Assembly (NCBI GenBank): GCA_012295275.1
Contig: CM022670.1
Location: 12,648,001 to 12,712,000, forward strand
Length of the DNA: 64,000 nt
DNA from: Chrysomallon squamiferum
Lineage: Eukaryota > Animalia > Mollusca
Direction of reading: 5' to 3'
Position 1 is the first letter of the stretch, and the number at the start of each line of letters is the position of its first letter. Under the pieces are notes generated by a model. That model was not told the origin of the DNA. It worked only from the letters and a program-made list of their open reading frames with translations, and did no database searches. Below, in pieces: positions 30,548-44,224 of the stretch. The position numbers were made by a program, and so were the translations under genes.

Positions 30548-31339
30548 CTTATCATCCATTCATTCATCGATACATCTCTGTCTTTCCTTCTCTCTCTTTC
30601 ATTTTCTCTCTTTTTCTCGGTCATTGTTTTTCCCCGCTCTCACTTCAGTATCAAAGATGTTTAGCATGCCAGGCTCTTGTTTTGGTAAACGTATTACGTG
30701 TAAATTGTAATGAATGTACGAATAATTTTAATGACAATATAGGTTTGTATCTCCGCATTATCTGAATATAATGATCCTGCATTTAGCTAGAAAATTTCTG
30801 ATCATTTTTGACATAGGATCATATGAGCATGATCGTCCTGTATTGCCCAGTTTGTCTTATTAATAAATCGTTTCTGTAAAACTACCGTTTTAACTGTTGC
30901 TGTTGTTTCTTCTTATTGGTATATTAACATAGTAAGATAGACGTTTTTTTCCAGACACGCCAGAAATAATGTCATACAAATCAGAATTTTACTTATTTAA
31001 TATACATCATAATGGGATGTCTGTCACACATAAATACATATTTCGCTTTTTGCTCTTTTCTCTTACATTTCTGAGCCATAATTTCATCCCACGTCTTAAT
31101 AACGAAAACACATTATGGCACAAGATGTTATTAAATTATTTGTCTGGTTCTGTTTAAATTGTATCATACTGGTATATGATTTTCATATTAAGAATTGTGG
31201 CCTCCTCGTGCGAAAGACGTTTTAACTCGTATCTGCTTTGATGCACACGTAAGAAAGTATTAGTGCAGTGCCAGACTGGAAGAAATTTTTGTATTAAAAG
31301 TGTTTTTTGTATGTGTGTTTTTATTACTATTAAATTACT

Positions 31340-31403
<64 letters not shown>

Positions 31404-31852
31404 TATTTTTATTTTTTAAATGATTAATACTATTAATCATACAATAATGTTTTTTGAAAACGTCCTACTTTAAATATTAAATTAATGTACTGAACAAACA
31501 GAAACCTTTCAAACATGCAGTAATGATTTTTATTATAAATTTGTAAGATCAATTGTTGTTTTAAGAAATAAATACAGATTATTACTTAGTTGCTCTAAAA
31601 TTAGTTGCATAAATTCTCGGCGTCTGCGCATGAACTATGGTTGCTCATCAATAGTTAGCTTTTGTTTGGTACATGTATCAAGATAAATCAGTAAAACCTT
31701 TACTTATTTTTCTTAGATCATTTAACAGCATCCAGATTACTTGCCGGAGTAAAGAATCGATCACAGAAACCACGAGTGTTAGTATCTAGTTAGCACTTCT
31801 TGTAGAATCCTGTCCAAATTCTACATTAATCATCACTTGTTTTTTTTTTTAG

Positions 31853-32003
31853 CATAGCTTTTCGCAAACTAAACTGTCTAGATGGGATTGCAGCCAGTGC
31901 AGTTCACCAGCAGCAACGGATTTTATGTCCTGTTCATTCTAAGACTAACGCACTCCACCAATCCGCTACTGACTCTTCATCATTTTCAATACGGACGAAG
32001 TGA
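31853..32003 (+). CDS. Candidate terminal coding exon (x)IAFRKLNCLDGIAASAVHQQQRILCPVHSKTNALHQSATDSSSFSIRTK*
   Basis: Strong acceptor gtttttttttttAG at 31851-31852, an open phase-2 frame of 49 codons, and a GC-richer non-repetitive block that continues to about 32290. Confidence 0.25.
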
Positions 32004-33646
32004 GGCTTATCTCCACTTTGAAAACCACGTGACAAACTCAGTCTGGTTTGAGTCGTCTCTCGAGTGCGCGAGACAGAAATTGCGACAGCAAAGAGTCTCC
32101 GTTCTTAATTCGTCTACCCAAAGGTCGCCATCATCATCATCATCATCGTCCACTTCTTGAGTCCATAACACGTCTTAAACACGTCATTTCTTGCGCTGCA
32201 GTCGACTTAAACAAGTCTGGATACAATGTAGACTCCAATCAGGACAATCCATTAGAAATAATCACAACGAGCAAACAGCTTATCGATTGAATCTTTCTCT
32301 TACTCTCTCTCTCTCTCTGTCTCCCAACTCTGCAACCCCAACATGACTGTTAATGAACGGTGCTTTTGACATTCCGCTAAGTTTTGTTTCCACTTGCTTG
32401 TTACGAAATGGCATTTTGGTCTGGAAGTGTCAGTGAGGTAAGAAAAAAAAAAGAAGAGCGAACTGATGACTCTTGAAAACGAGTGTGTGGAAAATACGTA
32501 AGAAGAAAATAGAGTGTTTAGAGTCTGTGAAGTGGTTCGGTGTCATTAGCAGAGAGAAATCGCAGAATTCAGATTGCGTCATTATTTCTACTTTTAGCAT
32601 CGAGAGCCACCATCTGTCTTATTTGCACAAGGATTTCTCATCTACTTTTTTTTCTCTACGGCTTAGCAAAAGAAAATGAAGAAGAACGCATTATCATCTT
32701 ATTCCTGAAGAAAAATAAATACAAGAAGAAAAAAATCATTATATGAAGAATGTCTGCTGAAATGATGGTGACAAATTTACTACTGGAATATAATGATACC
32801 ATCTGTCCTGAAACTGAACTTTCAGTATTCTCTTTTCTGCATCAATATCATCATCATCATCATCAATAACAACAACAGCTACTGCAACAACAAGTGTATG
32901 TACGTGTATACACATGTACACAGACATACAAACACACATATGCAATAGGCTATTCTCTTTTAATAACAGGAAAGGTTTATTCGACGGTTTTTGAATACAG
33001 GAACACTAAAGAGAATTGATCTTACGACCTGTTACGTCTCAGGTCAATGTCCTACTATTATTACATCTCTTCTCTACAAATAATATATCTACAATAATAT
33101 CTGTAACGGTTAAAACAAACAATATCTAGTTCAAATGACCATTCTTCTTTCTTTTTTTTTTTACCTTATGTGACAAGTGAAAATCATATTAGTTATTTCT
33201 ATCAAAATGACGAACACATCTTAATGACATCAAAACAGAGATTTGGGCGCTGATGGAAACCCATATAACGTTACATTATGTTGAATGTTTGTCACTTTTG
33301 GCCGTTTGGTCATTAAGAAATCACGCAAAAGAGAGCATGAAAAAATATTTTAGTGCCATTATGAGGCGTTGTAAATTACAGAGGTCTTAGAACGCTGATA
33401 TCTTCATTAATATATATGGTGACTAGCAAACTTTTGAATTCGTGGGAATGCTGCAGTATATTATGACTGATAATAGGAGAAAAGAAATGGGGTAATATTG
33501 TGATAGTAAATTATGCTGCACAAGGGAATAATAAACTGAAGAATAGCCATTAGAGAGAAATGTTGATAAGAAAAAACGGAAACGAATGAAGGAGTGGGTC
33601 TAAGGATTGCTGAATGAGATAGGATCAGAAATGAATAGATAGCCGT

Positions 33647-33838
<192 letters not shown>

Positions 33839-34329
33839 GAAGCGCGGGACTTGAAGAGACAAACAGAAGAAATAAATTATGATGTAGAGAAAAACAACGA
33901 GAAGCGATAAGAATGAAGCAGAGAGAAGAAAACTGAAAGAAGAAAAGGAAAGACAAATTTAGAAAAGGACAAAGAAAATAATTCACAGAAATACTGTTAC
34001 TAAAGATTGAATTAAGAATTTAATTACTTTTTTTTTTCTTCTGGATTTTTTAAAATGTTTTTAATCCATTGACAGAAGTTTAAATTAAAAGGAAGAGAAT
34101 AAGTATATATTAAAAAATAAAAATATACAAAAATAAAAATATTTATTTACATAATAAAATCTGAGAATTACATAAGGGAGACACATTAGGTAACACAAAT
34201 TACAAGCACACATCATATTCAGAAAATGACGAAAAGAAAAATATACGTATCTGTGTACGTTTTCGTGATTAATAAAAAAAAAAAGACGTGAAATAACGAG
34301 CAGCTGTATTAATTATTACTAGTTCAAAA

Positions 34330-34615
34330 GAAGACTGACGTAGAGAACTAGCAGAATATTGCTATAAGCTATAATAAATGAAAATGACGTAAGTGATAAT
34401 GACCTGATGTCATATGTTATTGACAACTGAAGGAAATGACGTAAGCGTCACTAAAGATAGATTACAGATTTCCACAGAGAATACGGAAATGACGTAAGTG
34501 ACACTAAACATAGATTATTGCTCAGTACAGCGAAATCGGAAATTACGTAAGCTACTCCAAAAATAGGATTATGGATTATTGCACAGAGGGACGGGAATGA
34601 CTTATTGGCACTAAC
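34330..34615 (+). repeat. Degenerate ~53-bp tandem repeat, 5-6 units, each centred on (C)GGAAATGACGTAAG
   Basis: TGACGT/TTACGT-like cores at 34336, 34385, 34437, 34490, 34543 and 34598 (spacings 49, 52, 53, 53, 55), with shared CACTAAA..TAGATTA..ACAG spacer remnants. Confidence 0.8.
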
Positions 34616-34648
34616 AGAGATATAAGAACTCAGAGAGAGAGAGAGAGG

Positions 34649-34736
<88 letters not shown>

Positions 34737-34997
34737 GATAAGAATAATTAACCAAAGGCAGAGAAGAAACACAAGAGCTAGAAGGTCAGAGAGGAACAGC
34801 AGTGAAAGATAAAACAGGTAATCGAGATTTTTGGCTAACTGAGAGTTTTACAACTTCACCTGGAGTTTAATTCACTTCCGGTTCACGCGCTCTCGTGCTA
34901 ATAAAAATATCAGCAATTTTCTCACGCTCTGTCTTACAGCACCATTCTAAAAATATCGAGAAGTGATCAAATGTTTAGATAACGTAATAGACTAACG

Positions 34998-35191
<194 letters not shown>

Positions 35192-36566
35192 TAAAACAAA
35201 CAGCGTCAGAGATCGAGAGAGGCGGTTTAATCACATATCAAATCGAACACAGTTCCATCGCACTAATGAAGAAATGATGAGCACGAATTAACAGGTTCCT
35301 TGACAATTTCAAGACGGGTGCGAAAACCGGGATCCCAGTTCAGTCTCCTTGCTTCTGTTGGAGCTGGACTGGGAACGACTGCTGCATGTCATTCACAGTT
35401 AAATGAGAAATCATTGATGTTTATACGCGATATCTGATGTTTAGGCGACGGGTCGCTTGACAAACGGCGAAAAGCAGGCTTTAGGGAATATTGGATTTTA
35501 AAGATAAATTACGCTATCTCAAATCATGGCAATGACCGGGAGAATTATCTGACAGTTAAAGAAAGGAAGGAAGAGAGAGAGAGATAAAAAAAGCACAAAA
35601 AAAAAACGGCGTGAATTATTTTATTTTTGTCTGAAGCCTCTCTATTGCATTGAACATTTAATGCCCCTCGCTGACTTTTGTACCAGCCAGGAAGTGAGAA
35701 AAAAAACACAGAGAAAAAGAAGAATTGTTTTTTCATAAGATGGATGCTGAACTGATGACTTGAAGACTGATTTGAGTGCATGGGCGGAAACTGTAGGAGA
35801 CGATTTTTCTTTTTCTTCTTCCTTGATATAAACTATTTTGTTTTAAGGACCAGACAGAGTTTAAAGAAGTTTGTTTTATCCTTTTATATATATATATATA
35901 GATATAAAACAATATATATATATATAATTGGCAGGTGTTTATTTTTTATGCATGTAACTTGAAATCACAGAAGTTGGTTGTGCGCAAGTGAAAAGACAAC
36001 TCATATAAAACAATACAGAAAAAAAAAAAAAAAAAAAAAAATATTAACATAATGAAATAATTATACATAAAGGTAATAAGAAAAAAATAAATAATTTTAA
36101 AAACAATAGTTTAAAAAAATAGTTATATAAAATAAAAACAAAAACAAAAAATAAATAGAACTGTAAGAATTAAACAAAAACAAAATATACAGAAAGATTC
36201 CAGACGAAAACAAAAACTCCAAGAAATTTAATTTTACAGTCATAATTTCTTTTATACATTTTTTATAACATTAACCATTATAAATAAATAATAAATAAAT
36301 AATAAATAAATATATTAATCAGTGGTAAAAAAAATTCATGCTCAGTATTTTAATAATTTCCGGAATATGGTTTTAGTCGGGTTTTTTTTTAATTTAATTT
36401 AATTTTATTATATTTCATTTTATTTCAGATCTAGGTCTTCAAAAATAAGGTCAGCTTTCAGCATCATTCACAATCAATATATTCTTGCTTTCTAAACTAT
36501 TCGACCATTTTATGATTCTGAATAAACCTTTTATCTCCTTGACCCTCATTCGTTCATGTCACTTAC

Positions 36567-36770
36567 TTGACCCGTTCAGAAAAAGCAAACACACGAAGCC
36601 TAAGCTTTCATTTGTTTGAGATTTTGACGAGTTTTTCTGTGAAGTCGGACAAAACTGATGTAATAAGGCTTTCAAATGGCTGACTGGGACAAACACATCT
36701 GATTTTATTGGTAACAGGTTTTGACACTCGTAAGTTCTCGGCTCGACCTGAACTGAGGAGCGCGCCTTTT
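36567..36770 (-). other. Candidate symmetric (phase 1-1, 204 nt) exon, coding or UTR
   Basis: Acceptor aatttaatttccacccAG and a consensus donor CAA|GTAAGT. One frame is open throughout (KARSSVQVEPRTYECQ...CLLFLNGS). No recognised homology. Confidence 0.25.
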
Positions 36771-36971
36771 CTGGGTGGAAATTAAATTGGCACAAAAAAA
36801 TGAGCAGGAGCTGCAAGACTTTCTAATCAATCTCTTTTTCTGCTTCTTTCTTTTTCTTTTTTTTTTTTTTTTTTTTTTTTCCCAAATTTTCTTTCACTCT
36901 TCTTTGTCTTATTCTTCTTTTCCTTTTTTTTTTCTTCTTCGTAGTCTTTTCTTTCTTTCTTTTCTCCTGTT

Positions 36972-37005
<34 letters not shown>

Positions 37006-37593
37006 TCATTTGCTGTCATAATTCTGACCAAAGCGTGATGACAGCAATACATTTGGAATAAGACTTTTCATTTATTTCATTCATTTTTATTTGATATCCA
37101 GTAATTTTTATGGCACGATTGCTTTAGTGTTCGGTTCCGTTCATCAAAAGCCTTTGACGCCAAGAGAGATCCATTTATGTATTCACATTCTGAATTAAGT
37201 ATCACTCGCTTTTTATACCTTTTCAATTTGGTTAAGTTTCAAATGATTTTTTGCACTAACTCTCTGAGATCAGTTGACTTCAGAGGCCATATTTAGGTCT
37301 ACAATTGACACAATCGTTTATATGACTAACTTGAATAGTTTTGATGTGTCGCGATCTTTTTTTCTTTATGCGTTATCAAATTCTTTTGAAAACAGTGTTA
37401 AGTATCCACCTTACTATTCTGATATGTACACATCTTCTGCATGTTTATATATGCAGATGTCTCTGTCTGAGTGTATCCCTTGACTGTCTGTCTGTTTATC
37501 CTTTGTCTGAGATTTTGGTGATAATTACCTTCAAAAGAAAAAAGATTTAAGGATACATTCCATCCCTCGTCTATCATTCTCTCTGTCTATTTG

Positions 37594-37650
<57 letters not shown>

Positions 37651-39296
37651 TTCTCTATCTCTCTATTTATTTATCTACCCATCTGACTCTATTTATCTCT
37701 CTATCTGTCTGTCTGTCTATCTATCTATCTAATCTCTCTATATTCGCTTTCTTTGACCTTCATTGAAATTATATTCTCCAGAAGGCAATATTACCAAAAC
37801 CTCTGACGCCACATCTAACAGAAGAAGACAATAATTACGGAACTTATCTTCAATTACTGGGTGTGAGACAGACTGTTGAAGGATCGTCCTGGATTCGTTC
37901 AAGAACGGATAGGCTGTCACGTAATTGCATTCTAAACGGCTAGACAATTTTCGGGTTCCTGAAAAGCGCTCTGTCTCTGCCTGTAAACAAGCTTAGTACT
38001 GATATTAAAAAAAAAAAAAAAAAAAAACAACATATATTTTTTTATTATTTATTTATTTTTTATTTTTTTTTTTTTTGGTCTTAAAGTGAACATCGACCCA
38101 GTGACACAGTAACAAATCTGGACGATGAACTGTGAAGTCGCTGGTTCGAATAATCCATGGAATTTTACCCTCATATTTCGTGGCATCAATAATTATCAGG
38201 TTGAATTTTTTTAACCAGACATCAGTCGTGTTTTGTGTTAGGGTATATGTGTATGAGTGTTTGTATGTTTGTGTGTAGTATGTATGTATGTGTGCAGATA
38301 GGTTGGGAAGTAGGTGTATGTGATTGTGACATATGCACGTGTGTGTATATGCGTTTTAACTGTATTTTATATCAGTGTAAGTATATGTAATATATAAGTA
38401 CAAGTTAAACATGAGTTAAAGTCACCAACGTTAACCTCATGGCTCAACAAAAGTTTGGTTTGCTCTGACTCATGATTAAACGAGAAAGTCACGAACTTTT
38501 TAATATGTACATCATGGCCTATAACGTATAATATAGATTTAGATATAGATAAGGATGATTTGATTCCGTTATTAAACGTATATATATATATATATATAAT
38601 GACTTTTATCTATCTATCCATCTATATTAAATCATATCATATATATATATATATGCGTATATGTTTAGGTATGTTCGGAAAGTGCTCATTCACTTTTGTT
38701 CTAATTACAATGTACATTTTTGAACACCAATTACGTATTTGGAATCCATAAATCTGCGTCGAAAATTTCCAAAACAGAGCGAGTCTTTTCATTACACGTT
38801 GTTTGACCGCAAGGGATTCATTGACCTCTGCCGTCCACTGCAACAAGGTCGCAGAATAAACGACACGGAGCGACTGGAAGCCCATAAATATTCAATCACT
38901 CATTCCCACCGGCGTTTAGATTCCTAGATACGTCTTGGTTACCTCTCCAGACGGACGGACGGACGTTGTAGTCATTTCTGCGCGCGATCGTGGATAAGAA
39001 TGTATGCCCCACTAGGGGATACACTGCAGAGGTTTATTCGGAGACGCAATGCTAATACTGGGACCGAAATAGGTGGAAATCAGAACCGCGTTGGTTTTGA
39101 GAGTCTGCAGTCCACGCTTTTGCTATTTAGATATCTTTAATTACAAGGGAGTGTCGTCATGGACCTTTTTACATAGCAACAATTAACTGTCTGGAACTCA
39201 GTTAAAAAAAAAAGAGGGCTATAAGTAATTGTATTAATAGTGTAGTGTAGGTGTCATTTACTAATGAGTTAGGCGCTTCGCATGTTCGGAGAAACT

Positions 39297-39620
39297 CGAT
39301 TAATTGAAATTATTCGTAGTAAATAGGGAATACTTTTATAGCCACCGACTTACGTCAACACAGTCATTACACTCATTAATATTACATCGAGAAATACGGT
39401 TACTGCTGTTAACACTATATTTATTTGTAAGTACTACTACGAGGACTACTAAAACTACTACCGCTACTATAGGTATTATTCGATTAATTGGAATTATTTA
39501 GAGTAAACATGGAATACATTTATATTGACCTACTTACGTCAATCGTTAAAGACATAAATATTACATCAAGAAATACGGTTGCTGTTCTTACGACTATTTT
39601 TACTTCTAATACTATTACTA
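39297..39620. repeat. Diverged ~184-bp tandem duplication
   Basis: CGATTAATTG.AATTATT...GTAAA...GGAATAC.TTTATA...ACTTACGTCAA...AATATTACATC.AGAAATACGGTT occurs at 39297 and again at 39481. Confidence 0.8.
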
Positions 39621-39985
39621 CTACAACCACTACTACAACTACTACAAGTATTACCACCACCCTACTGTTATTACTACTACAGGCTCAGTTTCTACTGCTA
39701 CTGCTATTACTTCTACTACTATTTACTACTACTAATAATGACAATGTATTCTATTATTACTGATATTACGTCTATAACAATTAACGCTTCATTCTGAAAT
39801 GACATCGATTATAGTTATGAATATGGTGATAATCATGCACACAAAACATTCAGCATTCATACAAAGCAGACAGAAATATGTATACGTTTTTTGAAGATTA
39901 TTAATTATATAATCATTAACAGGATAATACTAATAATAATAATAATAACAACAATAACAATAATAATAATAATAATATAACAGTA

Positions 39986-40020
<35 letters not shown>

Positions 40021-40135
40021 CATCATCATATTCATCATCATCAGAGTCATAATAATAATAAGTTTAAAAACAAACAAACATATAAAAATGAACTTAGACA
40101 CGTCATTGAGAATTTTATCGGTGTCTAACAATCTG

Positions 40136-40370
40136 TTTCGATTTACTGATGTTGTTGTCTATTTCAGAAACTGACACCTCCTCAGTAGACAAAGTAGAAT
40201 AACGAACTGGACATCTCTTCATGTAAGTGTCACATCCAATCAGTAAGATTTTTTTCACACAGAATAAATGTCTACATTTGATGGGAAATTATGAAGACAC
40301 GAGACGAAATGTCATATTTTATTTTTATTAAAGCTGTGTACTAAAACTTCTGGCTGATCTATTGGGGTTT
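40136..40370 (+). repeat. Inverted duplicate, copy 1 (partner at 49692-49927)
   Basis: Reverse-complement match over about 235 bp, e.g. AAACTGACACCTCC...GTAGACAAAGTAGAATAACGAACTGGACATCTCTTCAT...GTGTCACATCCAATCAGTAAGA. Confidence 0.95.
40168..40202 (+). CDS. Putative short terminal coding exon, (x)TDTSSVDKVE*, followed by 3'UTR; copy 1 of an inverted duplication
   Basis: Acceptor tgttgtctatttcAG, open phase-1 frame to TAA at 40200-40202, AATAAA at 40263 and ATTAAA at 40327. All of these are conserved in the inverted copy at 49861-49895. Confidence 0.4.
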
Positions 40371-41342
40371 GTTTAGAACGAGAGACAAAGGATAAAGTTG
40401 TCTGTGCTTGTGTGCGTCTATTCATATCTGATTAAGAAAATGCTCGATATTGTTTGTCTGGTCCGTTGCATATGTCTGTATGCATTATTTATTTATTTAC
40501 TTACTTATTTATTTAGTAGACTACACACACATGCAACGTAAGATCATATACGTATCATAGTCATACAAGATATGGACAAGACAGACGTAGAGAAACATGT
40601 TTATTATTTTTATTATCATCATCATCATTTTACATTAGAGTAAAAGTTTTTTTTTTTTTGAAAACCTAAAATAATAATAATAATAACATAGACATCGCCG
40701 AAGGAACTGACTACTAACGACATCAGTTACTTGCAAACAAAGATATTATAGAGTCTACAGTTTCTTGTTCATTGTCATTATTTCTTGATAAAAAACGAAA
40801 AAAGAGAAACGTAATCTGTACAGGTACATTAATAAATGATTCCTGCTCGTGTAACTGTAGACGCCACTCACGTGTTCAGATTAATACTTAGCAAGACCGC
40901 GACATCAGCGCTGTGCCCGGCAGCATCACAAAGCAGCAACATACGAAAATAATGATAAATTAGTAACACAAATCTGACGTAGAGATAAATATTTCGGCTT
41001 TAATAGTAAAATAATGAGGTCGTGTTTCTTGCGGTTGATATAATGTCCTTAATGATAAGATTGAGCTTTTTGTTGTTGTTTTGTTTTTAAAAAGAAAAAA
41101 AAGAAAAAACAAATTGAAAAATTATTTGTCATAGTGAAGGCTTAGAGAGATAAAAATAAATATAAAACCTAATCATCATAGACATGTTTTAAGTAAATAT
41201 ACATACATACACACATACATACATACATACAATAATAACAACAATAATAATAATAATCATAATCATAAATAGCAAGGTCACACACACTATTGTCTAAACA
41301 ATAATTTCTTAGTAGCCTAATCTAAATAAACAAATAATAAAA

Positions 41343-41389
<47 letters not shown>

Positions 41390-41479
41390 AAACCGCATAC
41401 AAAAAGTAGATTGTTCATACTATCTTGCTGTAAACAAAAAGAAGTCAGCTCATATATAATTCATTAGTCAGCTTATTCA

Positions 41480-41549
41480 TGGGGTTTCACCTCTGGGATT
41501 TTACGATGAGGATTTCACGTTTGGGATTTCACGCATGGGATTGCACGCT
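41480..41549. repeat. 14-bp tandem repeat, 5 copies (TGGGATTTCACGNN)
   Basis: tggggtttcacctc/tgggattttacgat/gaggatttcacgtt/tgggatttcacgca/tgggattgcacgct. Confidence 0.8.
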
Positions 41550-42117
41550 CGATTTACACATACTAGAACAACGACTTTTTTAAACGTGTCAGTTCTTCTC
41601 AACTCGCAACATGAATTGTGACATTAAAACAAAATAAATAAATTAATTCCTTTTTTTTTTTCTTCTAGCAGTTTTTAAGTTGTCGTCAAAGTACATTTAA
41701 CTGATCAGTTATTATGATCTGGTAGAATGAAATCAGCAGGAAACGTGATCATCTCAATTATTTAGCACTTAATTACTTTGTGTGACAAACGACAATGACG
41801 ACATTAACGACAGCAACAAAACAGTATCCAAAAACTATACGGGTAGTACAGTTTGCATAATGGATGGAAGCGAGAATAACAAATGATTGTAATTTTGTTC
41901 CTGCTTTTCTGTTTGTCTGCTAGTGTGTACGTGCAATGTGCCACCAGAGACTGCAGTTCACTGGTTCAACTCCCAGTGGTGATAATGTTAAGTGTGTAGA
42001 TTGTGTTTTTTTTTTGTTTTTTTTTTCACTTTCGTTGTTTTATTTATTACTTTTTTTAAAATTACTGTTGGCTTCATTTCATTCTTTTTTATTTATATTT
42101 TATTTTAGTTTTATTAC

Positions 42118-42181
<64 letters not shown>

Positions 42182-42507
42182 TTGAACATTTTAAGATTTT
42201 GGCTTTCGGGAGAGGTTCTATTTCTAGTAATTTCTTCCTTTCTACATTATTTCTAGAGAGACAAACAAACAAAAAAAAACATTAGTAGGTAATTAGCCAC
42301 AAGAGCCAGTGAGATAATTATCTCATACTTACATCTAACTTCCAGTCTCAGATGTATTTACTGTCTGATACAAACTCGTTAACCGCGTCACATGAGACTT
42401 ACGAAATCAAGTCTGGATCGCTACACTTATATTTAATTTTTACATTAAGTCTTAGTTATACGAAAGGAAAATTCTAACTTACATATACGTAAAAATTTAC
42501 ATAATAC

Positions 42508-42722
42508 ATACACATACGTATATAAATCCATACATTATATACATACAAACACACATACAAACATATATAATTATACACATACATATATAAATCCATGCAT
42601 TATATACATACAACCACACATACAAACATATATAATTATACACATACGTATATAAATCCATGCATTATATACATACAACCACACATACATACATATATAA
42701 TTATACACATACATATATATAT
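42508..42722. repeat. 65-bp tandem repeat, about 3.3 copies, built from (TACA)/(TA)-like sequence
   Basis: TATAAATCCA recurs at 42521, 42586 and 42651. Confidence 0.85.
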
Positions 42723-43829
42723 TATTAATGCGTACATACACTTACACACTCAGGTACACAGGTGTTCACAATTACACATTAATATTCCTAACACATACCA
42801 AAATAATAAAAGAAATTCTGAATCGAGAAATGAACTTGACGCAGTGAAAAATATCCCAAAGGAGTCTCCGAGGAGAACTTTGATACTGAATCTTTCTCTT
42901 CTTTACCATAGAAATTAATGCACGATATTGTTGTACTACACTTAAAAAAATCATATTATAATCTGACATTTAAAAAAACAAAGTAATTACTTTCTTCTTC
43001 TTCTTTTTTTAAAATCTTTTTTTGATTTTAGATATATTTTAAGAAATTGGACTTCTAAGTACATTTTAATTTCGTTTCTTAAAAATAAAGATAAACTCAA
43101 AAGAAAACGTATTTTGTCTAAAGGTCTCGCAAGTACATTTTTTAAATGTTAATGTTTATTTAGTGTCATATATTGATATTTATGATTCAAATTGCTTATA
43201 CCACAGCAAGGATTCAGAATTTCATTTTTTTTTTTTTTTTTTTATACGAGTCATATTTAGTCATGTCAACAAATAATACAAAATAAGCCTCTTTAATTAA
43301 ACATATTTCATTTATACTTGTTGCACTATTGTTGTTATTTATTCATCAGAAAGATTATGTACTCCACAAACTTTCACCACTTTCCAGTGCAACCCAACAA
43401 CCAGCCACGTTGAAATGAAGATCATAGCAATTTACGAAAAAAACAAAAATCATAATAAAAAAATAAATAAAATTAATTTGTTTTTAAGAAATGTTCTTTC
43501 ATCTAATGACAAAAAGAAACGTTTTATCTCTGTCTCTACTTTTTCTTATCTCAGAGTTTTCTACGATTATTTTCATTTACTCGTTTATCTTTTTTTTTTT
43601 CTTTTTAAAAATATTTCTTCTAGCGTTTTATGTCGAACGAATCACTCTAGGTAGTCAGTGCAGCAGATTCGTTTTGAAATTGTACACAACACATGAAAGA
43701 CACCTTTATCACTCCTGTTCTAAATAACGTCTTTGAATATCTTTTGTATATTCTTTAACAGCAAAAAAATTTATATTTCCAAATTCATATATTTTTTTTT
43801 TAAGGTTTATCAACGCTTGCTTTATGACG

Positions 43830-43863
<34 letters not shown>

Positions 43864-43926
43864 GTTTTAGTGTTTCATTGAGACAATTAGCGGTGAGAAT
43901 AAACAAAGATCTATTCTATTATACAA

Positions 43927-44224
<298 letters not shown>

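Noticed and set aside
41935-41980. GGTTCAACTCC B-box-like motif (also GGTTCGAA at about 38143) as a tRNA gene
   Set aside because: No A box at the proper spacing and no cloverleaf; at most SINE debris.
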